From positions 2,640,001 to 2,672,000 of the forward strand of contig NC_022349.1 of the NCBI RefSeq assembly GCF_000354175.2: 32,000 bases of DNA, in the 5' to 3' direction. The notes under the pieces were generated by a model. That model saw nothing but the letters and a program-made list of their open reading frames with translations. It was not told where the DNA came from and searched no databases. Shown here piece by piece: positions 30,867 to 32,000 of this stretch. Each line of letters opens with the position of its first letter. Position 1 is the first letter of the stretch. This DNA is from Vibrio alginolyticus NBRC 15630 = ATCC 17749. GTDB lineage: Bacteria > Pseudomonadota > Gammaproteobacteria > Enterobacterales > Vibrionaceae. The position numbers and the translations under genes were made by a program.

Positions 30867-31772
30867 CTAGACAGTATGATGAACCGTACTTTTAGCTTCA
30901 CTATGGACACTAAATCTATGATTTAACAGTGCAAGCATTTGATCGTAGTATTCGGCATGTGGTTTGTTTCCGAGCAAGGTACAGAGCTCATTGCCTGTGG
31001 GTGTGAAGCGGTAATATAAAAGGCGGACACCTTTACTGTTTACGTTCAGCGACAAGTTTTTACCTTGGTAGGTGAGGACCAACGGTGTCTCGATACTAAT
31101 TTCGCCAGATTCAAGTTCGGCACTGTGAAGCAGCCCTAATTCAATTAAGAGCAACAAGCTTGAATACGGCAGTTGAAAACTTCCCATATTTAGGCTGTTG
31201 GCGACGTCTCGCTTGCCGAAGCTAAATATGCCTCCTTGCGCTTTGTAACCAATCAGCAGTTTTCTGCTGTGATCCCCTCCAAAACTGCACGCTAAAGAGG
31301 CGGCTCTTTGCAGAGTTTGTGCTTCCTTTGGTGACATATCTTTGAGGGTTTTCAACGCTTTCATGGATGTTGAACCCGGATTGGTCACTTCACGCTTCAT
31401 CACTTGAGCCCATAGCTTTTGCATCGCGCTGTTATGGATGTCTTGAGCCATCTCAAAAAATCGATGCAACCAATCTTGGTCTGGCTCTCCCGCTGTCTCA
31501 TCTCGGCATGAACTGTGCGCTAATTTTAAAATCTGTTCTAAGTTTTTTTGTCGCTGTTCTTGGCGTCTTTGCTCTCGCAATTGGGCTCTTTCAAACGCAG
31601 ATTTGGCTGGCGGTTCGGTTTGCAGTAAGGCGTCAAGACCGTGTATTTGGGCTATGGTTTTTACCTTACTAGCACTGTCTTTTATGTAGCCTTGTTTCTT
31701 TTCTTGTTGCGTATTTTTTTTTGTGTCTGACTGATGTTCGATGACAACAGGTTGCTTTGTCGGGTCTGCCAT
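30867..31772 (-). CDS. Conserved hypothetical protein, DUF2806 / TIGR03899-like
   Basis: 301 aa from the ATG at 31772 (MADPTKQP...; AGGAAA RBS). The central segment DWLHRFFEMAQDIHNSAMQKLWAQVMKREVTNPGSTSMKALKTLKDMSPKEAQTLQRA resembles the DUF2806 signature as I remember it. The N-terminus is rich in Lys, Gln and Glu. Family assignment is from memory only. Confidence 0.55.
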   Translation of the reverse strand: MADPTKQPVVIEHQSDTKKNTQQEKKQGYIKDSASKVKTIAQIHGLDALLQTEPPAKSAFERAQLREQRRQEQRQKNLEQILKLAHSSCRDETAGEPDQDWLHRFFEMAQDIHNSAMQKLWAQVMKREVTNPGSTSMKALKTLKDMSPKEAQTLQRAASLACSFGGDHSRKLLIGYKAQGGIFSFGKRDVANSLNMGSFQLPYSSLLLLIELGLLHSAELESGEISIETPLVLTYQGKNLSLNVNSKGVRLLYYRFTPTGNELCTLLGNKPHAEYYDQMLALLNHRFSVHSEAKSTVHHTV

Positions 31773-31925
31773 TCGTTTTCCTACCAAGAACTGCGCGGTT
31801 CGCACGTTTAAATTTACACCTTATCTGACCAAGCGACCAGACAGGAGTTCTCAGTTTTTGAACGAATAGGGCTATTCAAAATGATAATGAGTTGTTAAAA
31901 TTGTTATCGTTATTTTGGAGGGGCT

Positions 31926-32000
31926 ATGAAGTTCTCAGAAGCAGGTAAACTCAAAAAGCACCTGTCGATAGCGTTTCTTTTGGTTATTTATGTGGGCGTA
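31926..32000 (+). CDS. 5' end of an unidentified ORF (hydrophobic N-terminus; continues beyond the window)
   Basis: ATG at 31926 preceded by GGAGGGG. It reads MKFSEAGKLKKHLSIAFLLVIYVGV. Only 25 codons are visible. Confidence 0.35.
   Translation, partial: MKFSEAGKLKKHLSIAFLLVIYVGV

Noticed and set aside
31367-31672. A 101-aa plus-strand ORF antisense to the DUF2806-like gene.
   Set aside because: It is nested antisense in a longer ORF that has a good RBS. It has no RBS of its own and is judged a shadow ORF.
31883-31908. GATAATGA...TTATC upstream of the last partial ORF; the first 8 nt equal the start of the Fur-box consensus.
   Set aside because: Only about half of the 19 Fur-box positions match and the arms are too far apart. 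It is more likely just an A/T-rich promoter, with GATAAT as a possible -10.

Overview
This window is core chromosome of a Vibrio-like gammaproteobacterium, judged from protein similarity and gene order. No database search was possible. From left to right it contains:
- the 5' part of cytR (minus strand, runs off the window), then priA (minus) and rpmE (plus);
- the complete S10, spc and alpha ribosomal-protein operons, 28 genes on the plus strand from rpsJ to rplQ, including secY, rpmJ and rpoA, at 3948-17607;
- a mixed housekeeping block: a DUF2780-like secreted protein, fklB, a ytfB/oapA-like gene, elaA, dbpA, a Crp/Fnr-family regulator and cpdB;
- a sulfate-activation cluster, cobA-cysD-cysN-(SLC13/DASS permease)-cysC;
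- a DUF2806/TIGR03899-like hypothetical protein (minus) and the first 25 codons of a further ORF.

I found no rRNA, tRNA, CRISPR array, transposase, integrase or recognisable defence or mobile module. I see no convincing novel multi-gene system, and most of the window is ordinary, highly conserved core genome.

The leads most worth a second look are:
- a 250-nt multi-hairpin spacer inside the cys cluster with mutually exclusive helices and a terminator-like stem;
- the SLC13-type permease with tandem TrkA-C domains embedded between cysN and cysC, a probable sulfate importer;
- a Crp-like regulator that lacks the canonical cAMP-phosphate Arg and sits beside cpdB;
- an unusually long, highly structured S10 leader;
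- a perfect CRP box upstream of cytR;
- a striking CTA-Leu and CTAG-rich codon signature confined to the ribosomal operons.

Several ORF-track starts appear over-extended (rpsJ, rpmC, rpmD, the ytfB-like gene, elaA, dbpA, cpdB and the DUF2806-like gene) and are re-called below. rpmJ is missing from the track and was added by eye.
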